Below are positions 1 to 10,884 of a DNA stretch of 63,962 nt, piece by piece. The position numbers and the translations under genes are program-made. Where the stretch lies: assembly GCA_030264375.1 (NCBI GenBank), contig JASCQW010000001.1, positions 71,330,264-71,394,225 of the forward strand. Direction: 5' to 3'. How positions within the stretch are numbered: the stretch's first letter is position 1; each line of letters opens with the position of its first letter. This DNA comes from Carcharhinus longimanus. Taxonomy: Eukaryota. The notes below the pieces were generated by a model. It had not been told where the DNA came from, did not search any database, and worked only from the letters and a program-made list of their open reading frames with translations.

Positions 1-229
1 ACTAGTATTTTGTGATTTTCAAATGGCTCCTGTGATTATTTTCTGGAAAAGATTTTGATCTGGGTTTGACTTGAACTATGAAGGAAGGGGATTGTGGTAA
101 GAGGATATGATCTACCTAGTGTTTTTTTTGTCTCTAATCAACCCCTCATTAGGTCCAAATTTGTTGGTTGAACTTGTGATGTTTCATGTGAGATTGGTAC
201 TGCATTATCAGCCTCAAGTAGTTTGCTTG

Positions 230-520
230 GCCATTTCAGAGGTAGTTAAGAGTCAAGCACATTGTTACTGCTCTGGAATCACATATAGGCTAGACCAGGT
301 AGGGTTGGCAGATTTCTTCCACTAAAGGACATTAGTGAATTTACAACTATCTGATAGTTTTAGGGTCACCATTACTGAGATTAGCTTTTAATCCCAGAAT
401 TATTCGTTGAATTATAATTTACCATTGGCAATGGTGGGATTTGAACTTGCGCTCCCACAGCATTAGCCTTTGCCTCCGGATTACTGATTACCATAACCAT
501 GATGCCATTATCCCCAATGG
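230..520 (-). mobile_element. tRNA-derived SINE, family distinct from the HE1-like SINE
   Basis: B-box-like GGTGGGATTTGAAC; body GGCAGATTTCTTCCACTAAAGGACATTAGTGAA shared with 29455-29800, 41660-41995 and 47385-48215. Confidence 0.65.
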
Positions 521-825
521 ATGAACAATGCTAAGAGCATAGGATATAAAAGACCTTTGTGTGATCAATTCCAATCAAAATAGTAGGAACAAGGAGTGAA
601 CATTCCATCCTATAACTATGCTTACAAGCCCTGTCTTTCGTCTTTTTAGAGGCTAATTGAGTAAAATTTCCATCCACACCCAATGTTCTTAACTCCTCTC
701 ATAACAGAAACATATATTACAAGTAGATCACCGGGGGCGTTGTTTATAGATAGAGGGATCTTGCATACAGCATGTGATAGTTACCATTGTCCAACTGCTG
801 CCTCCAGAGCAACATCAGTTAACTG

Positions 826-1025
826 CTGGAAAAACTCAGCAGGTCTAACAACATCTGTGGAGAGAGAATAGAGCCAACATTTTGAGACTGAGCTCTGAAG
901 AAGGATCATCCAGATTCAAAACATTGGCTCTGTTCTCTCTCCATAGATGCTGTTAGACCTGCTGAGATTTTCCAACATTTCCAGTTTTTGTTTCAAGATT
1001 CCAGCATCAGCAGTAATTTGCTTTT
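826..1025. mobile_element. Fold-back element with about 60-bp inverted arms and a decayed hammerhead core
   Basis: Arms at about 824-885 and 916-977 are reverse complements. Flanking 12-nt direct repeat ATCAGTTAACTG (814-825) / ATCTGTTAACTG (1026-1037). Confidence 0.75.
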
Positions 1026-1339
1026 ATCTGTTAACTGTTACTGTGACACAACATGTTTACTGAAATTTGGCATTCACATCTTGGCTGCTGTGTTTGTCCA
1101 TTGACCTTTCTCTGACATTCTTCTTGGGGGAGAGTGGTCGCCCTTGAGTGTTATCTCCCATCACATGAAGAGACACCTTTTTCAGATTTCCTCCCAAAAT
1201 AGCCTCCCTTTCTTTTATGGTGTTTTATCCAGCCGTGACTTTTAGTTAATGTTATTTAAACTTTGTGTTCTTTTTCTCCACCTCCTTCCAATGTCACACT
1301 CCCTACTTTTAGTGTTTCACAGCCAAGGAAATGTTTTTA

Positions 1340-1625
1340 ATGTGTGGCTACTGTTGTAACATAGGAAATAGTTAAGAGATGCACAGCAAGGTCCCAAAAG
1401 CAATAAACAGATTAGTGGCCATATATTGCGATTTTGTGATTTTTTTTAAGGGATAGATATTGCCAAGGAGACTGGGGAGAACATCCTTCTTTGTATAGTC
1501 CCATGGCAGTTTTCCTATCTACCTGAGCAAAACAGACACAACATCCTATCTGACAGATAGTACCCTGGAGAATGTGGCACTCCCACAGTGCAGTAGCAAA
1601 CAGTAATAATGGAATCAATCATTGA
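1340..1625 (-). mobile_element. DeuSINE-like (SacSINE1/AmnSINE1-type) ancient SINE
   Basis: GCACAGCAAGGTCCC...GGATAGATATTG-CCAAGGAGACTGGGGAGAAC...ACCTGAG...GCACTCCCACAGTGCAG resembles the Deu-domain as I recall it. Related fragment at 12040-12175. Confidence 0.55.
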
Positions 1626-1790
1626 GTAAAGCAAGCATCCAAGCAAACGTCTGAAGAACAATGAGAGATGGACAACATAGTGACACTCACATCTCATTAA
1701 AGAATAATATACAAAACATGTTGTGCTCTTGCCTGAAACACATAGAATCTCAGAATAGTGGGTGTGTGGATACACACTTATAGAATAGTG

Positions 1791-2084
1791 AGTGGCACAG
1801 TGCCAGGGACTCAGATTCAATTCCTGGCTTGGGTCATTGTTTGTGGAGTTTACACATTCTCTCTGTGTCTGCATGGGTTTCTTCCAGGTGTTCCAATTTC
1901 CTCTCACAGTCCAAAGATGTGTGGGTTAGGTGGATTGGCCATGCTAAATTGGCCCTTCGTGTCAGGGGTACTAGCTAGGATAAATGCCTGAAGTTACAGG
2001 GATGGGGGGGTGGGTAGGGTGGGATTGTGGTCAGTGCAGACTTGATGGGCTGAATGGCCTCCTTCTGCACTGTATGATTCTATG
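1791..2084 (+). mobile_element. HE1/V-SINE-like SINE with CR1-type tail
   Basis: Core TGTGGAGTTT-CACATTCT...GGGTTTC...AGTCCAAAGATGTG...GGCCATGCTAAATT; tail GATGGGCTGAATGGCCTCCTTCTGCACTG...TTCTATGA. Confidence 0.85.
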
Positions 2085-2368
2085 AATCCCTATCTTGCAG
2101 AAGGAGATCATTTGGCCCATCAGATCTGCACTGGTTCTCCACCAGAGTATCCCACCTAGGCTCATCTGCATCCTATCCCTGTAACCCCACGAATTTGGCC
2201 TGCTAATCTCCCTATAACCTGCGCATCTTGGAACACTAAGGGGCAACTTGGCATAGCCACAACACCTTTCCTGTTCTTCGGACACTGAGGGGCAATTTAA
2301 CATGGTTAACCCACCTAACCTGCACATTTTTGGACTGTGGGAGGAAACCGTGCGGACCCGGGGAGAAC
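2081..2368 (-). mobile_element. HE1/V-SINE-like SINE, 5'-truncated, tail-to-tail with the previous copy
   Basis: Reverse complement of the same core and tail; internal duplication of ACACT-AGGGGCAA. Confidence 0.8.
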
Positions 2369-2399
2369 AGAGAGATTAAAATCACTCGGAAATAAAGAA

Positions 2400-2998
2400 C
2401 TACAGTTCTCAGAGGCCGAATCGAGCAGGTGACGTGATAAACTATGTGGAATGTGGGCATTTAGCATAGAGGATTATAATATTTTGCCGTTGTTTGTGTT
2501 ATAACAGTAATACAGTGAATGAGTAGTGTGTGTGGTTTGGGAGGCTGGCCAGTGGCTGTGTGTGTGTGTGTGTGTGGGTGGGAGGTGGCTGCAGCTCTGG
2601 GGAGGAGTGGCTATTCTGTTGGGTTTCAGCACTGCGCTCACTGCGGATCAGAAGCAATGTGAGCGCTTCGGAGCCTCTGTGCGAAAGAAGGCAGATTTAC
2701 GCCGAGTTTTATTTCACCAGTGCTGGTACGGGGTTAAACTCCTCATTCCTCGGGTACACATAAAAGTGCCGCCTGCGACTTGAGAATATGGATTTGCATC
2801 GATTTGTAATAAGTGGGGACGTTTATAAGCAACTCTGAAAAACCAAGAACATTGTTGAACATTCAAGTTTTCAAGGACACCTATTCTCCCCAATTTGGGC
2901 GACCAGGTTTTATTTTCGATCGGTCACTGAAGAAGCCAAACCAGCCAGTGAGCTTGTCCTCTGGCTAGAGTTGTACATTGATGTGAAAGCTGGAAACG
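2400..2998 (+). promoter_or_regulatory. Probable promoter / 5' UTR of the short DLC1 isoform
   Basis: CpG is locally enriched relative to the flanks, there is a (GT)n tract at about 2557-2576, and the segment sits directly upstream of coding exon 1. The TSS cannot be determined from sequence. Confidence 0.55.
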
Positions 2999-3011
2999 AT
3001 GATTTTAACAC
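2999..3011 (+). CDS. DLC1: DLC1 coding exon 1 (short isoform start, MILT+Q)
   Basis: ATG ATT TTA ACA C followed by donor GTAAGC at 3012. The phase-1 C joins AG of exon 2 to give MILTQIEAKEACDWLR, the N-terminus I recall for p122RhoGAP/DLC1 short isoforms. Confidence 0.88.
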
Positions 3012-3543
3012 GTAAGCATGTGATGTTTTTCCTTTGAGGTGCTTTCTCCCCCACAATATGATGTGGATAGTGAATTGACAGATCATTTGCAGTGAGCTGG
3101 ATCTTTAATTGGCTTGGATTGTGCGAACAGAGAGTTTGATCTTTACTGAGCTGTGCAGAAAATGCGATTAGGGTCATTGTGAAGTGGGTACATGATCAGA
3201 AGCAGGCACCTCAATCTGTGCTTTCCGTAGATTCCTAAATGCTCCGAGCTGCAGCGTTCCATTTTATAGCGAGATATCACTTCAAACGCATTCCTGCTTA
3301 CAGTATATACTTAGCGCCCCAACGCAATGGAGAGACAGGCGGCAGGGTTTAGTGTTTAAGACATTGTTTAAGATTTCTGTTTCCCTCTGTCTGGTTTGGT
3401 CATGGGGGTTGAATGTGAGCAGGAAGATGTGTTTGGGGGTGTGGAGGAATCATCTGCAAACTCTACCTGCGGCGAAAGATGTCAGATAAGGAGGAGTTGT
3501 GGAGCACGTCTCCCTGATCCCAGTGAGAGCAGCTCTCCCACTC

Positions 3544-3600
3544 CACACACACACAGACACATACAGACAGACATATATACACAGAGACACACACACCCAC
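3544..3600. repeat. Imperfect (CA)n microsatellite
   Basis: cacacacacacagacacatacagacagacatatatacacagagacacacacacccac. Confidence 0.85.
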
Positions 3601-3949
3601 TAGACTTTTTGCTCCAGCCTCCTGTGCCCTGTCTCATCCGGGATGTCATTCACTCTGGGAAAGCTCGTGTTTCGTTTACTGTTTTATTGAGATGATAAAA
3701 AAGTAGATTTAACAGAAAACCTGCAGGAAGTTAAATTCTCCTGCACTTGGGAGTGGAGGGTTTTTTTATTGTTGTTGCATTTTTTAAATATAAATTGAAG
3801 CGTTCTGCCTATGGATCTGATTATATTTGAATGGTGCGATAGTTTGAGAGAGCCTCTCAATTGGTTGCCGCACGGTGCAGGATGCGTGCCTGCTATCTGG
3901 GTTGGAGTTGCCAGTGGGAACTAAGACCTGGCGGAGTCTGCTTGTTTGG

Positions 3950-4213
3950 GGGCAACTGTCTGTGCTTTATATGCTCTGTCTGAGGCCAGAACTCTCCATT
4001 CACCTGACGAAGGGTCTAACCCGAAAGCTANNNNNNNNNNNNNNNNNNNNNNNNNNNNNNNNNNNNNNNNNNNNNNNNNNNNNNNNNNNNNNNNNNNNNN
4101 NNNNNNNNNNNNNNNNNNNNNNNNNNNNNNCGAAGGGTCTAACCCGAAAGCTTGTGAGTATATTATCAAATAAATAGGTTGGACTAAAACCTGGTGTTGT
4201 CAGACTTCTTACT
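3950..4213 (+). mobile_element. Penelope-like element terminal repeat, split by an N-gap
   Basis: CACCTGACGAAGGGTCTAACCCGAAAGCTTGTGAG...AAATAAATAGGTTGGACTAAAACCTGGTGTTGTCAGACTT. Near-identical to the minus-strand copy at 13632-13705, which is linked to GIY-YIG coding sequence. Confidence 0.8.
3998..4159 (+). ncRNA. Minimal type-I hammerhead ribozyme motif (reconstructed across the gap)
   Basis: Stem I ATTCAC(3998-4003)/GTGAGT(4154-4159); core CTGACGA(4004-4010); stem II GGGT-CTA-ACCC; GAAA (4023-4026 and 4146-4149); palindromic stem III AAGCTT. Confidence 0.65.
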
Positions 4214-4620
4214 GTGGTTGGGCCAGCAGCAGCGCTGCAGTCAGTGGCGGCCCCCTTTTGATCCCCGTCCCGTTTCCACCACCCCCCCCCGCCCCCAGCG
4301 GCACCTTCCCCCGCCCCCCACCGGCGACGCTCCATCCCCGGCGGGACTCCCCCGCCAGCCTCCTGTCGCCAGCTGCCTCAGCACTGGCATAGAGAGAGAG
4401 GTCAAACAAACAGGCGGCTTGCAGCATTGCCCCGCAGGCTCCAGCCTTCCTACCTCCCCATTGACACAGCTCAGAATCTGCACCCTGTCAGTCTGGCAGC
4501 CTGGCCACTGAGATCAAAGATTTGACAGCCAATTCTCTTCATCTTTCCAAGGAATGCATGTCTCCATTCAAAGTGAAAACTTGACAGTTCTCCACGTATA
4601 TCCATCCTAATGAAAGATAT

Positions 4621-4715
4621 AGAAAATGGAAGCCGGAGTAGACTATTCAGCCCTTCGTGCCTGTTTCACCATTCGTTTTGATCATAGTTTATCATCAAAT
4701 TCAATATCCTGATGC
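4621..4715 (-). mobile_element. CR1 LINE 3' end fragment
   Basis: GGAAGCCGGAGTAGACTATTCAGCCCTTCGTGCCTG matches the CR1 tails at 32110 and 52350. Confidence 0.6.
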
Positions 4716-6026
4716 TGCCTGTTTAGGCTTTAATTGCCCCACTCATGCTGTACCTTTGGGATTGGCACAGGAGAGACATTCTGTGCTATACTCAGTCCAA
4801 ACGTCTAATACATAGTTGTTGATTTTATAGAAATTGGTGACTCCTCCATTGGGAGAGCCCCAGGCTCCACTCCTACCAGTTCCTGGTAGTTAGCTGGTCT
4901 CACCTGGCGTGATGATAGAACTAGAAGCATTCGTCTCTGCACCCTGATTGTAGGAGAGGAAAATGTTCGAGTGGCCTTAACCGCTGCAAATTGCAAAAGG
5001 GCCCAATTTGTGTTAGGTCCAGAATACATTTGATTACTTCTCTTCCCCCGTGGTTCAGTAGCTGCATCCTTGCCTAGACTGATGTCCATAGAGTGGATGC
5101 TGACTAATGCTTGTAAAACTACGCAACAAAGCTTTCAGGAGGAGGGGACAACATTGGCAGAGAAAAAGGCAAAGAAATCAACTGGGAAATTGGAGTTTAG
5201 TAATTTGTTCATTTGAAAAAGATGCTCTTGCAATATTAATGCGATGTTTTGAAATGCTGCTGCAACTGTCACCTTTCGGTGTTTAGGAAAGGCCTTTCTG
5301 CCATCAGAAATTCTACCAACAATCAAAAATTGACAACACATTATGCCTAGATGTCAGTATGTGTGCACAGAACACTGCATTCACCTCACTTTAATACAGT
5401 GGAAATAGGCAGCATTGCTGCAAGTATGAAACACACACCTAACACTGTACCATCAGTGCTGTATAAATCGGCTATTAAAGTGGGATTATCATCTCTGTGA
5501 AAATGTCAGTCCAGTACTTTCCCACTTGTAATTCAGAGGCAAAAACTACCATTCACTTGTGATTAAATTTTGCATCAGAGTTCAGCATCACATCACTTCC
5601 ACATAAAGTCATTGCGATACAACTGTTCAACTCTTCGAAGCTTTTATGTCCCCAAAGTAATACCAATGGCTTTTTTAAATTCGCTCATATATTTGGTCAA
5701 CTGCACAAGTTCATATCTATAATTTTGCAAAGGTTCGTTACAGAAGTAATCAGCCAGTCAGATCCCTCCACCCCCTACCTGAATCAGCAATCAAAGAACA
5801 TTTACATATGGATGCTTTGACACATTACAGCATTTGGCAAATAAATCTCCACTAACAAAGCCATTGACAATAACAATAGCTAGTTCTAACCAATGATGTT
5901 GGGAAAATAATCAGCTGTTAGAGAAGCGTGTGTATAAAACATTTTCACAGCTCACTAATTAGTAATAGGTAGCAGTTTTAATTCTGTTGGATTTCAGTAA
6001 TGACTAGTTAAAATTGCCAGTTTTTA

Positions 6027-6333
6027 GTTTATTTATTAATGTTACAAATAGGCTTATATTAACACTGCAGTTAAGTTACTGTGAAAGTCCACTCGTCACC
6101 ACACTCCAGCCATTGCCTGTTTGGGTACACTGAGGGAGAATTTTGAATGGCCAATGCACCTAACTAGCACATCTTTCAGACTGTCGGAGAAAACCAGAGC
6201 ACCTGGAGGAAACCCATGCCGACATGGGGAGAATGTGCAGACTCTGCACAGGCAGTGACACAATCTGGGAATTGAACTCAGGTCCCTGGCACTGAGAGAC
6301 AGCAGTGCTAACCGCTGTGCCACCTTGCTGCCC
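6027..6333 (-). mobile_element. HE1/V-SINE-like SINE with alternative (type B) tail
   Basis: tRNA head and core as in the other copies; the tail is the reverse complement of ...CACAGTAACTT-A-TGCAGTGTTAAT...AATAAATAAAC. Confidence 0.85.
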
Positions 6334-6728
6334 AAATGTGAATTGTTTCAGAGTAATATTAGTATTAATATAAGTATTAGTTGAAAATGTCATCTGTAGT
6401 AAGACCTGCATTGCCCACATCACTATTAGAGGTAATGCTGCTATAATTTGCACAGAACAAAGCCTCCCACAAAACTTCATCTCATTACATAATTTATTTT
6501 GGAATTTGCATTTCTATTTTTTGTCAAAATCAATATAAAATATTGATTTTTGTTATTTATAATGTACTTGTGTCAATCACTGCATTCAGATATTTCTGTA
6601 ATGTATAAGACTTGGGCTCTTTTGATTACCTGCAAATCTCTATAATCTGCTGATGGTCCTTGCCATTGTGGCAGATAGCAAAGATTCCACTATAAAAGCA
6701 ATGTCACTACTATACGAAATACATGATT

Positions 6729-7170
6729 GCACGGTGGCGCAGTGGTTAGCTCTGCTACCTCAAGGACCCAGGTTCGATTCCTGGCTTGGGTCACTGTCTT
6801 TCCAGAGTCTGCACGTTCTCCCGTGTCTGCATGGGTTGCCTCTGGGCGCTCTGGTTTCCTCCCACAGTCCAAAAGACATGCTGGTTAGGTGCATTGGTCA
6901 TGCTAAACTATCCCTCAGTGTACCCAAACAGGCGTTGGCTGGGGTGTGGCGACTAAAGGATTTTCACAATAACTTCATTGCAGTGTTAATGTAAGCCTNN
7001 NNNNNNNNNNNNNNNNNNNNNNNNNNNNNNNNNNNNNNNNNNNNNNNNNNNNNNNNNNNNNNNNNNNNNNNNNNNNNNNNNNNNNNNNNNNNNNNNNNCG
7101 ACTAAAGGATTTTCACAATAACTTCATTGCAGTGTTAATGTAAGCCTACTTGTGACACTAATAAATAAAC
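6729..7170 (+). mobile_element. HE1/V-SINE-like SINE, type B tail, gap-interrupted
   Basis: GCACGGTGGCGCAGTGGTTAGC (A box) and GGTTCGATTCC (B box). About 49 nt of tail is duplicated on both sides of gap 6999-7098. Confidence 0.85.
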
Positions 7171-8536
7171 TACTTCATTCTTTTATATTGTAAATTCTCA
7201 GTATAAATGCACAGAAAAGTGATGACATTGCGCATCAGCTGATGGGGCTGTCCTAAAATAGTCTGTGGACGTGTCTTTAGTCAACATAGATGAATGCATT
7301 GGCTCTTTTTTATCTAGTGGCTGTACAGTAAAAATTAGCATAGAGCAGGCAAGCAGGTCAGTCAGAAGCTGGTGTATATAAATCTGTCACCACCATAAAA
7401 ATAATCTATTGGCTTGTATGTATTCAGTGGGTCCATCTGGCCTGCAGGCATCAGTATTCCATATTGTAGATAATTAGCAATTGCTATCTCCATTATTTCT
7501 CTTAAGTTTGTGTTTTCAGTGTCTTCTTTCAGTGTGTAACAGATGGCTGTGGCCTCCTGTAGCCTTCTGACTGGCCTTTATGATGGGAAGAATTTTGAGA
7601 CAGATTTAAGTCCTGCGCATGTGCAAGGTAGCCCAGCAGATGTGGTTTGATGTCAGCCCTGATCACTTGTGTTTGTTCAGGATGCATCTGCTGGGCTCTG
7701 CTTGCAATAGAGGGCTTTTTTTCTCTACAGGATGGTCCAGCATTGTAAACAGCAGTCTCATGCTTTATTTTGCCTCTTAGCAACAGGAAGAGAGCACAGG
7801 AAAGAAGGTAGTGCAAAGATCCTGAATGGCTCCAGACATCTTAAACTCACCATACAACATGCCAAACTCATCATGTCTATAAATAGCATGGAACAAAATA
7901 AGAATTGTAACAATCGATTCACTCATTTTTTTCTCTTATGTAAATACATGTGATTAGTCTCATATTAGGCTACAATGGTTTACTAGATAGCAGCAGAAAC
8001 CCACCTTATATTGTATTAAGTAGGTTGCACCACACCTAATGTAGTCTTCCAGACTAAATATAGCAGGAGTACACATGTACATACACACACATACCAGCTC
8101 ACTAACTCATGTTATGCTGCCTGTAACAGTTATCATATTTGAGAACTGACATTATCTTGAATGCTAGACGGTTATATGAGTGCATTATCAGGAATTATTA
8201 GTCATCACGAACAATTACGTTCTTCAAAATATGGTAACCAGTTACATTCTGCACCTAGACAAAAATGTAAAGCACAATAGTTACATTGTATTAAGCTCAA
8301 ATGTACATCAATACTCTTCTGTTCCTAATTATTTTCTATTTTGTTTGCTTGTCGTCTTAAATTGCTTAAAACGGCTTTACTTAGACATTTAAACTATGTA
8401 TCTCAATTTATTTTGTGCTCAATTTTATTTTCTTGCCTCTTCCTATTGTTTAAAATGTTTAGTTATTCAAACTAATTTTTTAGAAATCAATAATTGAAAG
8501 AGAAATTGAAGTGAGTTACAATTTTCAATCATAGGG

Positions 8537-8853
8537 GGATGGCACAGTGGCATAGTGGTTAGCACTCCTGCCTTACAGCACCAGGAACCCAGGTTTGATT
8601 CCCAGCTTGGGTCATTATCTGTGTGGAGTTTGCACATTCTCCCCATGCCTGCGTGGGTTTCCTCCGGTTCCTTCCCACAGTCTATAGGTGTGTGGGCTAG
8701 GTGGATTGGCCATGCTAAATTTCCCCTTAGTGTCAGCAGGACTAGCTAGGGTGAATGCATGGAAACATGGAGATAGGCCTGGATGGGATTGTGGTCGGTG
8801 CAGACTCAATGGGCCAAAAGGCCTCCTTCTGCACTGTAGGATTCTATGATTCT
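8537..8853 (+). mobile_element. HE1/V-SINE-like SINE with CR1-type tail
   Basis: Full head, core and tail ending GGATTCTATGATTCT. Confidence 0.88.
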
Positions 8854-10010
8854 TGAGTTATATATCTAATGATTTATCCTAAATCTGTTCAATATGTTCA
8901 GTATATTTGTCATGTTAATGATCAAAAATGGGCATGTATTTATTATGTTTGCCAACAAGTTAGTCTTTTTACATGTGATAGTGCAAAGAGTTTCTTTAAA
9001 GGATTCATTAAATTGCATTAGCACAGTTTTTCCAAATGCCTGATACTCTGTTGTTGTAGATTTGACAGGACAGTGTTAAATCTCGGAAATGTTACTCTAT
9101 TCCCATAGACACAGTAGTTTAATTTGAGGATGTTTTGGTTTAAACAATAGCAGACATTCTTGGCAAACCACATCCCAGCCTGAAACGTCTGTTAATTTGG
9201 AATGACCTGATGTTTTTTGTCTGGCACTGTACAATGAGTGGTTGGAGCTACCTATTGTTAAGTGCAGTATTTATGGTAAAACAATTAAGATTACATGAAT
9301 TAAGGTCAGCTTTGCACATTGATGTGGTACACGCTGCCAATAAATATCTTTTTAGCATTGTCTGCACAGAGACTACTTATGATAATTATCTATTGAGCTA
9401 AAAGCACATAGCTACTCAAAATACAATAAGGAAATCACACATTACACAGTGAATCTGCAAGAGGATACTGTCATGTGCTCCAGAATTTGAAAAATTATAT
9501 TCGTCAATGCACAAATGACCACCCTTGGGTTAAAGGTGCCCAAAGGAATCAAAATGTTTCCACTGTGCTTCCTAGTTTCATAAACTAAAATAGAACAGCA
9601 ATGGACAAGGTCAGAATAAGTTTAACATTGACTGGTGCAGGCTTTGAGTAACATAACTCATACATGTCTGCTCAAAATGAATGTTTCCCCTGGATTCGTC
9701 TATTTGTGTCAACCTCAAGGTTTCTGGTCTTTGATGAATGTTGTTTCCCAACAAAATCATTCACAATATTGAAACACAATGAAAATCAAAATAGTGCAAT
9801 TAGGCTGACTTTCAACTGCTAGCAATTTGTGAAAATAACACGGTGGTTTAAATTTTAGGAGTGTTTCTACTGCCCATAATAATGAGCTTATACTTGCTTC
9901 ACATATGAGTTAATGGATAAAATTAGATCACTTTTAAAAATATATATATAATTGCATACAAATGGGGTTTTCTTTATAGTACATGATCTTATAAGTGGAT
10001 TTTACTGTAC

Positions 10011-10320
10011 AGCGGCACGGTGGCACAGTGATTAGCACTGCTGCCTCACAGTGCCAGTGACACGGCTGCACTTCCCGGCTTGGGTTACTGACTGTACACA
10101 TTCTCCCCATATCTGCTTGGGTTTCCTCCGGGTGCTCTGGTTTCCTCCCACAGTCCAAAGATTATGCGGGTTAGGTGGATTGGTCATGCTAAATTGCCTC
10201 TTAGTGACAGGTGGATTAGCAGGGTAAATGCATGGGGTTATGGGGATAGGGCCTGAGTGGGATTGTGGACGGTGCAGACTCAAGGAGTCGAATGGCCTCC
10301 TGCTCTGTAGGATTCTATGA
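10011..10320 (+). mobile_element. HE1/V-SINE-like SINE with CR1-type tail
   Basis: GCGGCACGGTGGCACAGTGATTAGCACTGCTGCCTCACAG...GGATTCTATGA. Confidence 0.88.
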
Positions 10321-10884
10321 AATTCAAATGCTTTCACTGCAAATATAGTCAAATAGACCAGCACCCTTCCTTTTCAAAACTGGGATCCCACTGGCTATTT
10401 AAAGTTGAAGTGGCTGGTAATGGATTCAAGAAGTATAGCTTGCATTGAATTATTTTGTATTTTGGAAACAACTTTGTGTATCATGAATGTTCAGAAGTAC
10501 AACTTGGATTTGCTGCAGACTAGCTCTACTGTACATCCTTATCTTCGTGTTTGCCACTGAAGCACACACTTACGGTTATGATAAAACCATAACATACCCC
10601 ACATAGTGTTTATGCTTTGTGTTGCTAAATTGTGGGTATCTTACTGATTCTTGGTTTGTTGGAGGTTTTTTGGATTAGATGTGCTTTTTGGGTCAGCCAT
10701 GACTGAAAGACACAGAGTTAGATCCATTGTTATATGTAAAGGTCTCCAAATCAAACTGCATAGAAATCCAAACAGGTAGAGTTTCTGCAATGTAGATTGC
10801 ACTGTCGGCCCTATCAGGACAAACTGCCCAACCACACTTTACATGGATCTAGGATAGCTAAGATGTAGCTTTGTAGAATCAAAC

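Noticed and set aside
2984-2986. In-frame TGA as selenocysteine
   Set aside because: I recognised no SECIS, DLC1 is not a known selenoprotein, and a downstream ATG gives the known N-terminus.
6729-6800. tRNA genes at SINE 5' ends (also 8537, 10011, 53619 and others)
   Set aside because: These are A/B-box heads fused to SINE cores and tails, with no complete cloverleaf.
6950-7147. Tandem duplication of about 49 nt around gap 6999-7098
   Set aside because: Identical sequence on both sides of a placeholder gap is best explained by unmerged contig overlap.
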